From assembly GCA_039795775.1 (NCBI GenBank), contig JBDKLC010000006.1, forward strand, positions 3,772 through 67,771: a stretch of DNA of 64,000 bases. Direction: 5' to 3'. The position numbers were made by a program, and so were the translations under genes. This document shows, in pieces, positions 26,191 through 36,893 of this stretch. The notes under the pieces were generated by a model. That model was not told the DNA's origin, made no database searches, and worked only from the letters and a program-made list of their open reading frames with translations. Source of the stretch: Candidatus Parcubacteria bacterium (GTDB taxonomy: Bacteria; Patescibacteriota; Minisyncoccia; Phycocordibacterales; CAIZLB01). Numbering within the stretch: the first letter of the stretch is position 1; every line of letters begins with the position of its first letter.

Positions 26191-26871
26191 CTATAAATGA
26201 TACTTTCCTTCTGCACTGTCTTCGATGATTCGACCATTTTTCATTGAAATAACTCGCTTACCCAAGTTCTCAATCACGCCAACGTTGTGAGTAGTGAGGA
26301 GAATTGTTGTTCCGAGATCATTGATCTTTTTCAAGATCTGAATGATTTCGTAGGTGTTGGCTGGATCAAGGTTGCCTGTTGGTTCATCGGCAATGATGAA
26401 ATCAGGCTGGTTGACGATGGCTCGTGCGATAGCAACACGCTGCTTCTCACCTCCAGAAAGCTGGTGTGGGAAGTTGTGCATTTTTCGGCCGAGGTCTACG
26501 AGCTCGAGGACATGTGGCACATCAGAGGCGATTTCTTCGTCTGATCGTCCAGCTGCTTCCATAGCGAAAGCAACGTTTTCGTAGGCAGTCTTATCTGGCA
26601 AAAGTCGGAAGTCCTGAAATACTGTACCGATTCGTCGTCGGTACTGATTCATTTCTTTTCGTCGGAGCGAATGGATATCTGTATCTTCGAAGAATACGAT
26701 TCCTTCTGTTGGCTCTTCTTCAGCCAAGATCATTTTGAGTAAGGTTGTTTTGCCGGCACCAGAGTGACCAACAATAGAGACGAATTCCCGTGGCTTGATG
26801 TTCATTGAGATGTTATCAAGAGCGAGTGAATTGTCTTTGTATAATTTTGTAACTTTATCAAATAAGAGCAT
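26191..26871 (-). CDS. ftsE: Cell division ATP-binding protein FtsE (ABC ATPase)
   Basis: Walker [13 protein letters not shown] signature [14 protein letters not shown], and Walker B FIIADEPT. The likely start is MLLFDKV (the ORF-track start at 26910 is probably 13 codons too long). Confidence 0.8.
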   Translation of the reverse strand: MLLFDKVTKLYKDNSLALDNISMNIKPREFVSIVGHSGAGKTTLLKMILAEEEPTEGIVFFEDTDIHSLRRKEMNQYRRRIGTVFQDFRLLPDKTAYENVAFAMEAAGRSDEEIASDVPHVLELVDLGRKMHNFPHQLSGGEKQRVAIARAIVNQPDFIIADEPTGNLDPANTYEIIQILKKINDLGTTILLTTHNVGVIENLGKRVISMKNGRIIEDSAEGKYHL

Positions 26872-26965
26872 GAATACAGTATATAAAGATACGCCAAAAG
26901 GCACAACCACAAAAAAGCCTCTTAGTAGAGGCTTTTTACAGATATATTGAGGGTCGTAACCACTA

Positions 26966-27184
26966 CTACGGGGTTACATAACATCGGTGGGCGATAAGTT
27001 CTGATCGTGCTTGTTCAGGAGAATAGTTCTGTGAACGAATATTTGTACATACCCATCTATCGTGCTGTATAAAAAAATCCAAAACAGAGCGTCCAGATGG
27101 TGTTATCAACATCCATACACCGATTGCGATGCAAAGAAGAACAATGCCTACAATCACTTTATTTTTGTTATTGTTTGATTTCAT
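26966..27184 (-). CDS. Possible small membrane protein (72 aa)
   Basis: A single predicted TM (VIVGIVLLCIAIGVWMLI), intergenic between prfB and ftsE. Weak support. Confidence 0.25.
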   Translation of the reverse strand: MKSNNNKNKVIVGIVLLCIAIGVWMLITPSGRSVLDFFIQHDRWVCTNIRSQNYSPEQARSELIAHRCYVTP

Positions 27185-27191
27185 ATACGGT

Positions 27192-28094
27192 TTAAAGATT
27201 TTTTTCAGCTTCGATAAATTCGTCTATGTCCCCGTTCAACACTTTATCTATATTTCCTGTCTCCATGTCTGTTCGATGATCTTTGACCATCTTGTATGGG
27301 TGCATGACATACGAACGAATTTGATTTCCCCATTCGATGTCGGTTGTTTTACTAATATACATTCCCTTCTCTTTTGCAGCTCGTTCTTGTTCACGGAGTG
27401 TATAAATTTTTGCTTTCAAAATTGCGAGAGCTTTTTCTTTGTTCTGAGCTTGTGATCGTTCGGCTGTGGCGTGCACTGACAGTTTTGTTGGCTTATGCAC
27501 AATGCGGACGGCTGTCTCACGTTTGTTCACGTTCTGGCCTCCTGGACCTCCGGCTCGCGCAAATGAAATTTCGAGTTCGTCTTCTGGGATCTCAAGATCA
27601 TCCTGTTTTTCAAACTTAGGTACAACTTCTACCATCGAGAATGATGTGTGACGAAGCTGCTTTGAGTTGAATGGAGAAAGTCGTACAAGTCGATGTACAC
27701 CGGATTCATGTTTGAGTGTTCCATACACGTTTTTACCTGACACTTCAAACATAATATTTCGAAAACCACCATGATCATTTTGATGTTCATGAATGATAGC
27801 AGCTCCCCACCCTCGTTTTGCAATGTACTTTGAATACATTTCAAAAAGGATCCGTGAGAAGTCTTCTGAATCATCACCTCCCGCTCCAGAGAAAATAGTG
27901 ATGATAGCTCCTCCTGCATCGTAAGGACCGCCGCCATCCTTGCGTGCTTTAAGCTCCTGAAGTTCTTTGATGGCTGCCTGAGCTGCATCTTTATTATTCC
28001 AAAAATCAGCCTCAAGCATCCGCGCTTCAATTTCCTCGATGCGCTGTTCTATTTCGTTTTTCTTGCCTTCTTTAGGTTCTTGAGTGTCTGTCAT
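27192..28094 (-). CDS. prfB: Peptide chain release factor 2, short form without programmed frameshift
   Basis: The SPF tripeptide (RF2-specific) and GGQ (ARAGGPGGQNVNK) are present. It is a single ORF with its ATG 24 nt after the upstream gene stop. The N-terminal domain is about 65 aa shorter than E. coli RF2. Confidence 0.85.
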   Translation of the reverse strand: MTDTQEPKEGKKNEIEQRIEEIEARMLEADFWNNKDAAQAAIKELQELKARKDGGGPYDAGGAIITIFSGAGGDDSEDFSRILFEMYSKYIAKRGWGAAIIHEHQNDHGGFRNIMFEVSGKNVYGTLKHESGVHRLVRLSPFNSKQLRHTSFSMVEVVPKFEKQDDLEIPEDELEISFARAGGPGGQNVNKRETAVRIVHKPTKLSVHATAERSQAQNKEKALAILKAKIYTLREQERAAKEKGMYISKTTDIEWGNQIRSYVMHPYKMVKDHRTDMETGNIDKVLNGDIDEFIEAEKNL

Positions 28095-28118
28095 AAATAA
28101 AATCGAGAGATTATAGTC

Positions 28119-28679
28119 TTATCTTAGCTTACGTGGGTCCATTTTTCCAACAAGGTCCTCTATGGCTTTTTCGAGGTCAGTTTCCGATCCGCTATTTTCA
28201 ATAGTATAGTCAGCTGCATCGATCACCTCACTTGCAACGTTTTTATCTTTTCTTTCACTTTCATTTTCTCGCTTCAAAAACTCTTCTTTTGTAAGATTTT
28301 CAATAAATCCCCGTTTTTGTGTCCATCGAGTAAACCGCACTTGATCAATAGTCTTAATATAAATAAGTACAAAGTTCGCATGCTCTCTAAAATATTCAAT
28401 GTCAGCAAATCGCTGGATGTCTTCCACAATCGCTGATCGTTCTTCTTCTGCAAGAATTTCTTCTCTTTTTGTCTGACCAAGAGAATATCTAAACAGCTTT
28501 AACTTTTCTGACAAAAGTTTTGCAGCTGTTGTTTTTCCAGACGCAGAAAGACCACACACTCCAATGATGTTTTTCACCCGACCTAGTGCATGTGCTTTTG
28601 AATAAAACATAAATAATTTTTTTCCGTGCGAATATGAATTTGAATGTGAAAATGTGAATCTGGTGATAATATGACCCAA
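28119..28679 (-). CDS. P-loop nucleotide kinase-like protein (dephospho-CoA kinase/adenylate-kinase superfamily)
   Basis: Walker A GVCGLSASGKTTAA. The likely true start is at MFYSKAHALGRV. Specific substrate not determinable. Confidence 0.4.
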   Translation of the reverse strand: MGHIITRFTFSHSNSYSHGKKLFMFYSKAHALGRVKNIIGVCGLSASGKTTAAKLLSEKLKLFRYSLGQTKREEILAEEERSAIVEDIQRFADIEYFREHANFVLIYIKTIDQVRFTRWTQKRGFIENLTKEEFLKRENESERKDKNVASEVIDAADYTIENSGSETDLEKAIEDLVGKMDPRKLR

Positions 28680-28783
28680 GTTTGTACCTAGTTAAAAGTA
28701 TGAATAATTCCTACTTTTTACTGGGTAGCTGTGCATATTATTTTTTACATATTAATTTACTGGCTCGTCACAAACTAGTTGCT

Positions 28784-29260
28784 CTAGTTACTCACCTTCG
28801 CAATCCCAATATTTTTAAGAAAAACTTCGAACTTTTTGAGCATTTCTTCATGATATGTTTTTGCTTCGTTTGCGAGACTTGAAATCTTATCGTGAAGTGT
28901 TCCCTCTCCAATACCTTCTACAAGTGCCCAGTGCACAATCGCTGCCCCCTCAAAAAAGCCAGACCATTCAGACAACTCAGCTGCGTTATCCCATTGGTCT
29001 TTAACATACATGTCTCGCATAGCTCGAAGCTTGTCAGCTGTCGCAGCTGCTTTAGCTTCAGTAACAGAAGCAACACCATACTCTTCTGCCATTACCATAA
29101 TTGATCGTTCGTGCTGGTTATTTCGTTCTGACCACAGCGCCATCTCTTCTTCTGACAAAATCATACCGAAACCAGCTCGTCCCTTCTGGAGAGTCTCATT
29201 ACTGACCTGCGCAAACGCCAATACTTCCCCTAACTTTTTTGCTGAAAATTCGTTTAACAT
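28784..29260 (-). CDS. Hypothetical protein
   Basis: A 158-aa ORF, helical and acidic, with no motif recognised. Confidence 0.35.
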   Translation of the reverse strand: MLNEFSAKKLGEVLAFAQVSNETLQKGRAGFGMILSEEEMALWSERNNQHERSIMVMAEEYGVASVTEAKAAATADKLRAMRDMYVKDQWDNAAELSEWSGFFEGAAIVHWALVEGIGEGTLHDKISSLANEAKTYHEEMLKKFEVFLKNIGIAKVSN

Positions 29261-29337
29261 ATGTTGAAGATTAATGTACCCGCATCATACCGTATAGACA
29301 GAGCCAACAGCAAGGGCGTATGGACCAGCACTTACGG

Positions 29338-31896
29338 CTAACTTAAGACGATACTCTTCATTATTTGAAGTATAACCGGCTTAAGGAGCTCGAAGTTTTC
29401 TATGTCGTTGTTATATTCAATATGGTATACCTGCTTCTTATACACGAATTCAGACACTTCTGACTTTTGAGTGATATATGTTAGACCGTTATCATAAGTC
29501 ACCAACTTTTTTGTCACATACACATTGGCAGTATTTCCAACAACGGGTCCTCTGTACTGTAAAATCACCTCTGTATCAGCGTCCTTTTTTTGCTTAAATT
29601 GTTCATCTAAGATTGATAAATTACCTCCTGATGAATCATTAAATATATGTATAAAAAGCGACGGAGTAAGATGCCTTTTTTCCTTTACTACAGGTGCAGC
29701 AATCAAAATAGCTTTAGAGTAAGCACTTTGAATATACGTACTAAGTTCCCAACCTGGAGGGTATACGAAACTAATCGGATGTACAGAATCTTTATACGAT
29801 TTTGGGTCTGATATTGTAACCTCAGTTGGTGTTTCATCTATTGTCTTAATTTCATTTGGTTTTGAAGAATAACTCAACTGATCAGTTATCACTCTCGATA
29901 GAATTGCAACAGTTATAAATATCCAATAGGCGTTTAATCCTATAAATCTTCCTGCTCCTTGATATACAAGACCAACTCCATAGTTACTTGCAGCAATTTT
30001 TGAAACATCGTCTTTTACTTTTTGAAGATCAGCTTCTTTGATAAATCGAGATTGCTTTGGGATAAATTCAGATACAACGTTTATAGTTCTGAACGAAGCT
30101 TTTTTTGTATTTTCAAATCGGAAATACTCGTTGTCTATCTTTGTATTTTTCAGCGTTTCTTTTTCGTTTCGTGCAATAAACAAATCTGATGTGATTTTGA
30201 GTGTTCGTCGAGCAGGAAATGCAAAGAAACTATCACATGGTGCGTCTTTAAAACTAAACTGTTTTATAGGATCAACATTTATTTGATAGTAAAACTTAAA
30301 TACTTTATATTTCGAAATAGTTTGGTATGGGCTTACAATCGATGTCTTGTATTCAACAACAAGTTCATTCTTTTTCTTATCATCAGATACAATAATGTAC
30401 GATGTATCTTTGAATAGTTGTTTTAAGTCTTTATCTTCTGTATATGACAATAAAGAAAATACTCTATTATTTTCATATTGAAGTAATTCTTCCTTACTAT
30501 TTCTTTTAAACTCGAGGCGTATTGCATCAGCAGACTCTCTACGATATGTAGAGACTGTATGTATTGTCCCCTCTGTCTTTTTTAGAACAATATCTGTATG
30601 TTGTTCTACATTTAACCCTGTTTCTTTTCTTTTATCCTTATACTTCAAATCAGAGTCTTTTTCTATAACAAGATAGTACGAGAAAAATGGTTCTGATCGA
30701 TATTCGAGCTGGCCATACTTTTCTGATTGTGTTGGATCAACAAAATAATATGATTCATTGTGTTTAATTCGCACAATAGCGTGATTGAATACAAATGGAG
30801 ATGGCAAACACAGAGACAAAAAGTAATCAGACTGATAATTTACCCAGACAATATCAGCATGTACACCTATAGACTTGAGCAAATCTACAAGGGCTTGAGA
30901 CGTAGCTTTGCAGTCTCCTGATTTATCTTGGATAGTTTTAGATGTCCGTTGAGGAATATGACGATGCATGACATACGCATCGTATAAATAGACAACATCA
31001 TTTTGTACAAACTCAATACATTTTTGAATTTTGTCATCTATAGATTCCTGAGGATTGCTCAAGTTGAGCATCGCGTACTCCTTTGTATCTACAAAATCAT
31101 CATTTACCCCATCTTTCTCGTGTAATTCATATACATCTCGAGCAATATCTTTCCATGTCGTTGTCGTTGAGATACTAATCCATGGCACATACTCATCTTT
31201 TTTGTATTCTACTTGAGTAGACTGAAGACTATACTCAAACGTGTTTCCTTTTTTTAGAAAAGTATGCGGCTCAGCAATGACAACTCCCTTTTCATCTCGA
31301 AAAAAGTTCTTTGCCACAGTGAGTTCCTCTTCTCGTTCGTTTGTACACGAGAAATAAAACTGCTTAAAATATCCAGCACCAGCTGGGAGGAACCTATTAT
31401 GATTGAAATACTTTTTATCTATATAATGGTCGTCAGTAAAATCGGTTGTAAGAGTAGACTCAACAACAATACTATCGTGTAGGCGAATATCATTTACAGT
31501 ACAGTGAACTTTCTTTGAGTTATGAATAGACCCAAATCGTGAATCTTTTTCATCATCAAAGACACGCACAACACAATCTTCTGATTTATCGATAATTTCA
31601 CCGTTTCGAACAACGAGAAGTTTGTGTATTTTTAAAGATTGGTTATCTAACAATACAAATTCTTGTATAGATTCTTGCTGTAAAATCTCTGGACTCGTAA
31701 GTCCTCGTATAGATACTGTATACGACTCGTTATTTTTATTTGTTGTCTTGATACATTCTTTATACATGTAGTACAAAGACTTACCTGCAAATTTAAGTTC
31801 CTTCGTTGCTTCTGTATCAACAACCAAATTTAAAATATCTTCATTCGATAATGCAAAGATACGAGACGATGCTTCAGAAAAAATATTGTGTTTCAT
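29338..31896 (-). CDS. Transglutaminase-like cysteine protease superfamily protein (DUF3857-type N-region)
   Basis: 852 aa. Core motif SGDCKATSQALVDLLKSIGVHADIVWVNY (the Cys nucleophile context G.C...A....LL...G), a downstream NHAIVRI (His), and FVDPTQ (Asp). Confidence 0.6.
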   Translation of the reverse strand: MKHNIFSEASSRIFALSNEDILNLVVDTEATKELKFAGKSLYYMYKECIKTTNKNNESYTVSIRGLTSPEILQQESIQEFVLLDNQSLKIHKLLVVRNGEIIDKSEDCVVRVFDDEKDSRFGSIHNSKKVHCTVNDIRLHDSIVVESTLTTDFTDDHYIDKKYFNHNRFLPAGAGYFKQFYFSCTNEREEELTVAKNFFRDEKGVVIAEPHTFLKKGNTFEYSLQSTQVEYKKDEYVPWISISTTTTWKDIARDVYELHEKDGVNDDFVDTKEYAMLNLSNPQESIDDKIQKCIEFVQNDVVYLYDAYVMHRHIPQRTSKTIQDKSGDCKATSQALVDLLKSIGVHADIVWVNYQSDYFLSLCLPSPFVFNHAIVRIKHNESYYFVDPTQSEKYGQLEYRSEPFFSYYLVIEKDSDLKYKDKRKETGLNVEQHTDIVLKKTEGTIHTVSTYRRESADAIRLEFKRNSKEELLQYENNRVFSLLSYTEDKDLKQLFKDTSYIIVSDDKKKNELVVEYKTSIVSPYQTISKYKVFKFYYQINVDPIKQFSFKDAPCDSFFAFPARRTLKITSDLFIARNEKETLKNTKIDNEYFRFENTKKASFRTINVVSEFIPKQSRFIKEADLQKVKDDVSKIAASNYGVGLVYQGAGRFIGLNAYWIFITVAILSRVITDQLSYSSKPNEIKTIDETPTEVTISDPKSYKDSVHPISFVYPPGWELSTYIQSAYSKAILIAAPVVKEKRHLTPSLFIHIFNDSSGGNLSILDEQFKQKKDADTEVILQYRGPVVGNTANVYVTKKLVTYDNGLTYITQKSEVSEFVYKKQVYHIEYNNDIENFELLKPVILQIMKSIVLS

Positions 31897-31920
31897 TATG
31901 TTGTGTCTTTTTTATACAAG

Positions 31921-31993
31921 AGCCAATGACCAGGATTGAACTGGCGACCTCGCCCTTACCAAGGACGTGCTCTACCAACTGAGCTACATTGGC
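31921..31993 (-). tRNA. tRNA-Thr (anticodon GGT)
   Basis: Minus-strand GCCAATGTAGCTCAGTTGGTAGAGCACGTCCTTGGTAAGGGCGAGGTCGCCAGTTCAATCCTGGTCATTGGCT. Anticodon loop TTGGTAA. No encoded CCA. Confidence 0.8.
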
Positions 31994-32002
31994 GTCTTGG
32001 CA

Positions 32003-33181
32003 TCATACCGTATATCCCAAATTGGCAGCAAGGGCTTTGAGTTGCTCTGCCGGATCAGTCACCGCGTGCAAGAAGTGCTGCACTTCATCGTATCGATCCA
32101 TTGCCGCTACAACATTGGCGTCAAACTTGTTATACATGTCAGAAAGAGTTTGTTTAATTTGATCTGCTTTTGGACTCGAATTAATAATTTCATTCGAAGC
32201 TATAATCTCTGCAAAGTTAATTTTTTGCCACAAAAAGAATTGCACTTGGGAACGAATCCATGAAGACATATCTGCAACAATCTCTACTTTTCGAGAATCT
32301 GGTATCTGATCTATACCTTTTGCCAACTCATATCGTGTAAGGTCTCGAGTTTCTTGATATTCAGCATTTCCTTTTTGTAACACGTCTGTTTCATCTACAA
32401 CTCCACTATAAGCAAGGTCACCAAGTGCCACAGAAAGCGCAGGGAGAGAACTTTTTGGTGTGAGATGTTTCTGATAAAAACGGAAAGCTTTATTTCCTTC
32501 TTCGAGATACGGTTTCAAATCATCAATTCCAATTTCTCTATCTGAAGCTATTACTTTTATATCAGAAGGAACTGCTTTAGGTTCTACGGCTGGATATGTA
32601 GCACCTATAGCTTCGACTATGCCATCTTTGACGTGCTGATTGTATACCTCACCGTTAGGATCAATCCGCGAAACGATTTCAATTGTTTCGTTGGCGCTTG
32701 CTCGTTCGTTCCCTACTGGTTCAGGACCAATACCTGTCGGTTGTCCTTCAGAGAATTGTCGTGGCCATAATTGCTGTGGCACTTCTCCCGGAGCAAATCC
32801 TCGAAATCGCATTCTATTTCCGTATGCAGGATTTTTAATAAGACCAGTTGAGCTAGGCAAATCGAGATATCTGTTTGCGATTGATATGTAGTTGATCACA
32901 ACATCGTGACCTCGCGCTGTTGTATGTCGAATGACATCATCATCTTCTGTTACAAGTAGTGGATCAACCTCCTTGATAGCATCAAGCGTACGTTTTGACC
33001 TCTCATCTACTTCATATGAATGTGTAGGATTATGAAATTCTTCTGTAGAAAACCGTTCATGTAGCCGTCGATCAAGTTCTATATCTACTGCACCAATAAT
33101 CTCTCCACGTCGTCCCTCTTGGTTTTCTAGCGTAAGGCCATTTGGCGTTGATTCAGTTTGTGCGGATTCATGAGAGACCAT
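32003..33181 (-). CDS. Hypothetical cytoplasmic protein (elevated GC)
   Basis: A 392-aa ORF with no TM and no recognisable motif. Its stop lies 9 nt from the 5' end of tRNA-Thr. Confidence 0.4.
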   Translation of the reverse strand: MVSHESAQTESTPNGLTLENQEGRRGEIIGAVDIELDRRLHERFSTEEFHNPTHSYEVDERSKRTLDAIKEVDPLLVTEDDDVIRHTTARGHDVVINYISIANRYLDLPSSTGLIKNPAYGNRMRFRGFAPGEVPQQLWPRQFSEGQPTGIGPEPVGNERASANETIEIVSRIDPNGEVYNQHVKDGIVEAIGATYPAVEPKAVPSDIKVIASDREIGIDDLKPYLEEGNKAFRFYQKHLTPKSSLPALSVALGDLAYSGVVDETDVLQKGNAEYQETRDLTRYELAKGIDQIPDSRKVEIVADMSSWIRSQVQFFLWQKINFAEIIASNEIINSSPKADQIKQTLSDMYNKFDANVVAAMDRYDEVQHFLHAVTDPAEQLKALAANLGYTV

Positions 33182-33227
33182 ATATGTGTATAGCTATGAA
33201 ATAACATACATTATACCCTTGGGCACT

Positions 33228-33872
33228 TTATTGCACCAACTCGTGATCGTCTTTGAAAAGTCTATCCAATACACCGTGGATGATGTTTGAACTTGCTGGC
33301 AAAATGTTGAAAATGATAGCAATTGTAAAGAGGACGATAGAAATCGATGTATTCCAGTAACTAAGCAAAATAGAGAGACATGCTGCAAATACAGGGAAAA
33401 TGATTCGAATATACCCACTTCGACGGTCGGCATGAGTGATAGGAGCTTTTTCGATGTGGTTGTTTTTTTCAATATGAATTCTCATGGCAAGAAGTGTAAG
33501 GCCGATTACAATGATGTTGATACCGTACACAAAGATAGCTACATGTGTCGAACTATAGTGACCGAGAAGATCTGCAGAAAATGGTACAAGTGTAATGAAC
33601 AAAAAGAAAAGCGCGTTGTAGTTTGCAAGACCTACACTAAGCGTCTTTGCATACACTGATGTAAGAAAATGGTGAGCTCGCCAATATGTAAAAAGAAGAG
33701 CAAACGTCAAAATAAAAATAAGAAGTGATGGTGCTACGTGAGAAAGTGCCTGCAACAACGAAATGTCATTCACTTCACCTAAAAGTACAGGGATTTTTAA
33801 TTCAAATGCGAGCAAAGTCATAATGATGGCAAAGATTCCATCTGCCAATCCATCGAGGCGTTGTTGTTTCAT
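33228..33872 (-). CDS. TMEM175/DUF1211-family membrane protein (putative K+ channel homolog)
   Basis: The N-terminal motif RLDGLADGIFAIIMTLLAFE matches the family signature R.E.FSDGVFAIA.TLL. Six predicted TM helices. Confidence 0.55.
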   Translation of the reverse strand: MKQQRLDGLADGIFAIIMTLLAFELKIPVLLGEVNDISLLQALSHVAPSLLIFILTFALLFTYWRAHHFLTSVYAKTLSVGLANYNALFFLFITLVPFSADLLGHYSSTHVAIFVYGINIIVIGLTLLAMRIHIEKNNHIEKAPITHADRRSGYIRIIFPVFAACLSILLSYWNTSISIVLFTIAIIFNILPASSNIIHGVLDRLFKDDHELVQ

Positions 33873-33890
33873 GAAATTATTTTATCACAA

Positions 33891-35123
33891 TTATACTATT
33901 TCGTGAGGCTTCTGCTGAAGTTTTCTGAGCGCTCGTCTTTTTTTATAGAGTTTAAAGTTATTTACAATAGTAGCAATACCAACTACAGCAAACGGAATAA
34001 GGACGGTGATATATCGGTTGATATCGATGCGGCTAAGTTCAGCCCTATATATAATTACAATAAATACAACTGACGCCACACCGAGAATTTTCAAATATCT
34101 ATTTCCAAAGAAAAGTCCAAGGATTCCGATTATAGTAAGTGCAGACCAAACGATGATCCCAGATGCAGGATCGACAAGTGAAGAAAAGACAAAGTTCTGA
34201 TTAGCAACAATACTGCTTATGCCGCCTTGGAAAAGAGCAACATCGAACGGGTTACCAAATCGCCAGAAGTTATATCCAAGAAGAACAATACCTGGAACTG
34301 CAACACCAAGAAGAAGTGCCGGGAGTTTTCTTCGACTCGGCGTGCAGAGTAGTCCAATACTAACTACCGCCAGAAGAATCACGCATTCAAGACGTGTAAG
34401 AACAAGAAATCCCATACCCAAACCTGCGAAGAATGCCGATGTAGATGGAATCTCCATATATGAGCGTGTATACCAATACACGAAAACAGCAGATAAGCCT
34501 ACAGCAGTAAGTGTTGCATATATAGGTGTCTGTATCACTGCCATAAGGAGTGCTGGTGATGTAAGTACCATAAGTGTCACAATGACTTGTGCATTCACTT
34601 CTTGATATATATGTTTCAGTGTCCCAAGCATTGTTTTGAGACCAACGAATAAGAAAAGATAACTCGTAAAGAGAAGTGCGAAGATAATGACCCAATCATA
34701 CTTCCCTCTATAGTCACCTATATAGAAATTTTTGAAGAAAATATCATGTACAAAATGCTGACGAAGTGGAAAACCAATCTGCATTTGTTGCTCGTTTGAA
34801 ACATCAAGAGTTGCAGCACCATCAAATGGCATATCAATATCTAGAGTCACTATTCTCGGTTCTATAAATGTTGAGACAAGATAGTATGTTGGTAGTGCAA
34901 GTAGTGGATATCCAGGTGACCGTTCGTTTTCTAACGACAGGTTTGGAACAATACTCACTTCATCTGGATCAACGATATTTTTTAGAGTTGAATAATAATC
35001 TACAGAATCGTTAGTAATATTTGCTGTTGCAAAAAAGCCAATAGCTCCGAGCAGAGCCACACAGAGAAGTATATATACCCATGTCCATCGTTTTGTAGGT
35101 GGAGGTACAGCAGTAGGATTCAT
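33891..35123 (-). CDS. Polytopic membrane protein, possible GT-C-type glycosyltransferase
   Basis: 410 aa with about ten TM helices and an SPGYPLL loop motif reminiscent of PMT/ArnT-type enzymes. Weak. Confidence 0.3.
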   Translation of the reverse strand: MNPTAVPPPTKRWTWVYILLCVALLGAIGFFATANITNDSVDYYSTLKNIVDPDEVSIVPNLSLENERSPGYPLLALPTYYLVSTFIEPRIVTLDIDMPFDGAATLDVSNEQQMQIGFPLRQHFVHDIFFKNFYIGDYRGKYDWVIIFALLFTSYLFLFVGLKTMLGTLKHIYQEVNAQVIVTLMVLTSPALLMAVIQTPIYATLTAVGLSAVFVYWYTRSYMEIPSTSAFFAGLGMGFLVLTRLECVILLAVVSIGLLCTPSRRKLPALLLGVAVPGIVLLGYNFWRFGNPFDVALFQGGISSIVANQNFVFSSLVDPASGIIVWSALTIIGILGLFFGNRYLKILGVASVVFIVIIYRAELSRIDINRYITVLIPFAVVGIATIVNNFKLYKKRRALRKLQQKPHEIV

Positions 35124-35127
35124 ACCC

Positions 35128-36372
35128 TTAGTATATCAAATATGTTTCTTTAAGATGCTGAATTGCTTTGTATGCTTCATCAATTCTACTTTTCGAAATA
35201 GCTCCTGCTTTCACTTGATCAAATACAATCTTACGTGCATCAAAAAACTCTCGAGGATTATACATTCCAATATTATTTGAAATCACCAATATATCTACAC
35301 CTGCATTTATCGCTCTTGTAAGAGCTTCTTTTTTTCCATAAAGCTTTGTGATAGCTCCCATATCCATATCATCTGATACTACCACTTGTGTCGTACATCC
35401 AGCGTCTTTCTTTAGTACATCAATATGCTTTTTTGAAAGTGTTGTTGGGTATTGTGCATCTACATTTTTGTTAAAGAGATGTCCCACCATTACCATTGGT
35501 ACACCCGCACTGCATGCTGATTTGAAGGGCTCCAACTCGTATGCCTTGTACGAAGAAGATATATCAACAAAACCTAAGTGTGTGTCAGCTTGTGAACTTC
35601 CATGCCCAGGAAAATGCTTCACTGCACTTATGATTCCCTGTTTTTGTAAACCACGATAGAAAGCTAGGCCTTTTGATACAACAACTTGTTCATCACTCGA
35701 AAACGATCTGTCTACTTTTCCAATCACTGGATTCGAAGGGTTAACGTTTACATCCAATACTGGTGCAAAGTTCATATTAAAACCGAGCTTCTTGAGAGTA
35801 CTGGCAAGATCAGATGCTGTTTGTTCTACCTTAGCATCTGACATTGTACCGAGTGCCTTTGCAGATGGAGTCTTTGTATACCCAGGTATAGACTTTAGTC
35901 GGCTCACAAGACCTCCTTCTTCATCAATAGCAACTATGAGTTTATGTTTAGCTTTTGCTTGTGCATCGCTAATAAGCGTTTGTACTTGTGTAAAATCCTG
36001 AATATTTCTTACATATTTTTTTGAGGGTGTATCGTAATCAAACAAAATAATTCCTCCAAGATTTGTTTCAGCCAACGCACGTTTCAGCTCAGGCGAATTT
36101 GAGTACTCGACTCCTCTAAATCCAATAATGAAAAGCTGATCAATTTTTGATAAAAGTTCTGCATCATCTTTTGCTCCTGATGAAATAGGTACGGATGTAG
36201 TTGCCGTAGATGAAGAAGCCATACTTCCTGTTGAAGGTATATATGCTATAGAGTCGATGATAGATCGGTCTTTGTCACGATATACAGCATATGCAGTTGC
36301 TATACCAACAAGCAACCCAACTATAAAAAGAGTTACCGCACCTTGTTTTTTTATAAATAAAATGAGACTCAC
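35128..36372 (-). CDS. nagZ: Beta-N-acetylhexosaminidase, glycoside hydrolase family 3 (NagZ-like), with N-terminal TM anchor
   Basis: GH3 motifs GGIILFDYD and KHFPGHGSSQADTHLGF (the KHFPGHG...D.H catalytic region). Confidence 0.75.
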   Translation of the reverse strand: MSLILFIKKQGAVTLFIVGLLVGIATAYAVYRDKDRSIIDSIAYIPSTGSMASSSTATTSVPISSGAKDDAELLSKIDQLFIIGFRGVEYSNSPELKRALAETNLGGIILFDYDTPSKKYVRNIQDFTQVQTLISDAQAKAKHKLIVAIDEEGGLVSRLKSIPGYTKTPSAKALGTMSDAKVEQTASDLASTLKKLGFNMNFAPVLDVNVNPSNPVIGKVDRSFSSDEQVVVSKGLAFYRGLQKQGIISAVKHFPGHGSSQADTHLGFVDISSSYKAYELEPFKSACSAGVPMVMVGHLFNKNVDAQYPTTLSKKHIDVLKKDAGCTTQVVVSDDMDMGAITKLYGKKEALTRAINAGVDILVISNNIGMYNPREFFDARKIVFDQVKAGAISKSRIDEAYKAIQHLKETYLIY

Positions 36373-36382
36373 AAAAATACTG

Positions 36383-36871
36383 TTATTGAGTAAAACTCGA
36401 TACCATATATTTAAACAGCTTTTCTACTCGATCAGTTTTTGAAATTTCATCTTTAAAGAACACCATAGCAGTGAAATCTTTTCCGAGATCTGCAGTCATA
36501 CGAGCAGTTATACCATTACAGAGATTTTTGATAGCAACACTCTTCCCCATCACATCTACACTTTCATCGTTGCCACAATTTTTCCATTCAGGACCATTTA
36601 CGATCGGAGATTTTGAAACGATGATGGAGTACGTATTATCAACAGACTGAAAAATCGCTTTAGCATTTTGATCAGCTAGAACACGAATATCGCTTGGAAA
36701 CTGAATTGAGTATATAGTGCCTTTAATGTCATGCTCTTTCCACTTTGGAGCATTTTCAGTTATATCGACATCCTGAGGTCCCGTGTGTGTGACAGATTTG
36801 TAAAGAAATACTGATCCCGCAGAAATGATAATGATTGCAATCGCCAAAATAATAGTGAGTTTTGTATCCAT
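36383..36871 (-). CDS. Hypothetical N-terminally anchored secreted protein
   Basis: 162 aa with a signal/anchor helix. Confidence 0.35.
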   Translation of the reverse strand: MDTKLTIILAIAIIIISAGSVFLYKSVTHTGPQDVDITENAPKWKEHDIKGTIYSIQFPSDIRVLADQNAKAIFQSVDNTYSIIVSKSPIVNGPEWKNCGNDESVDVMGKSVAIKNLCNGITARMTADLGKDFTAMVFFKDEISKTDRVEKLFKYMVSSFTQ

Positions 36872-36893
36872 GCGATTAGTATATCAATTTCAC

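Noticed and set aside
28095-28120. Programmed +1 frameshift site of prfB
   Set aside because: Only 24 nt separate the prfB ATG from the upstream gene's stop, and no CUU UGA C context or ORF0 is present.
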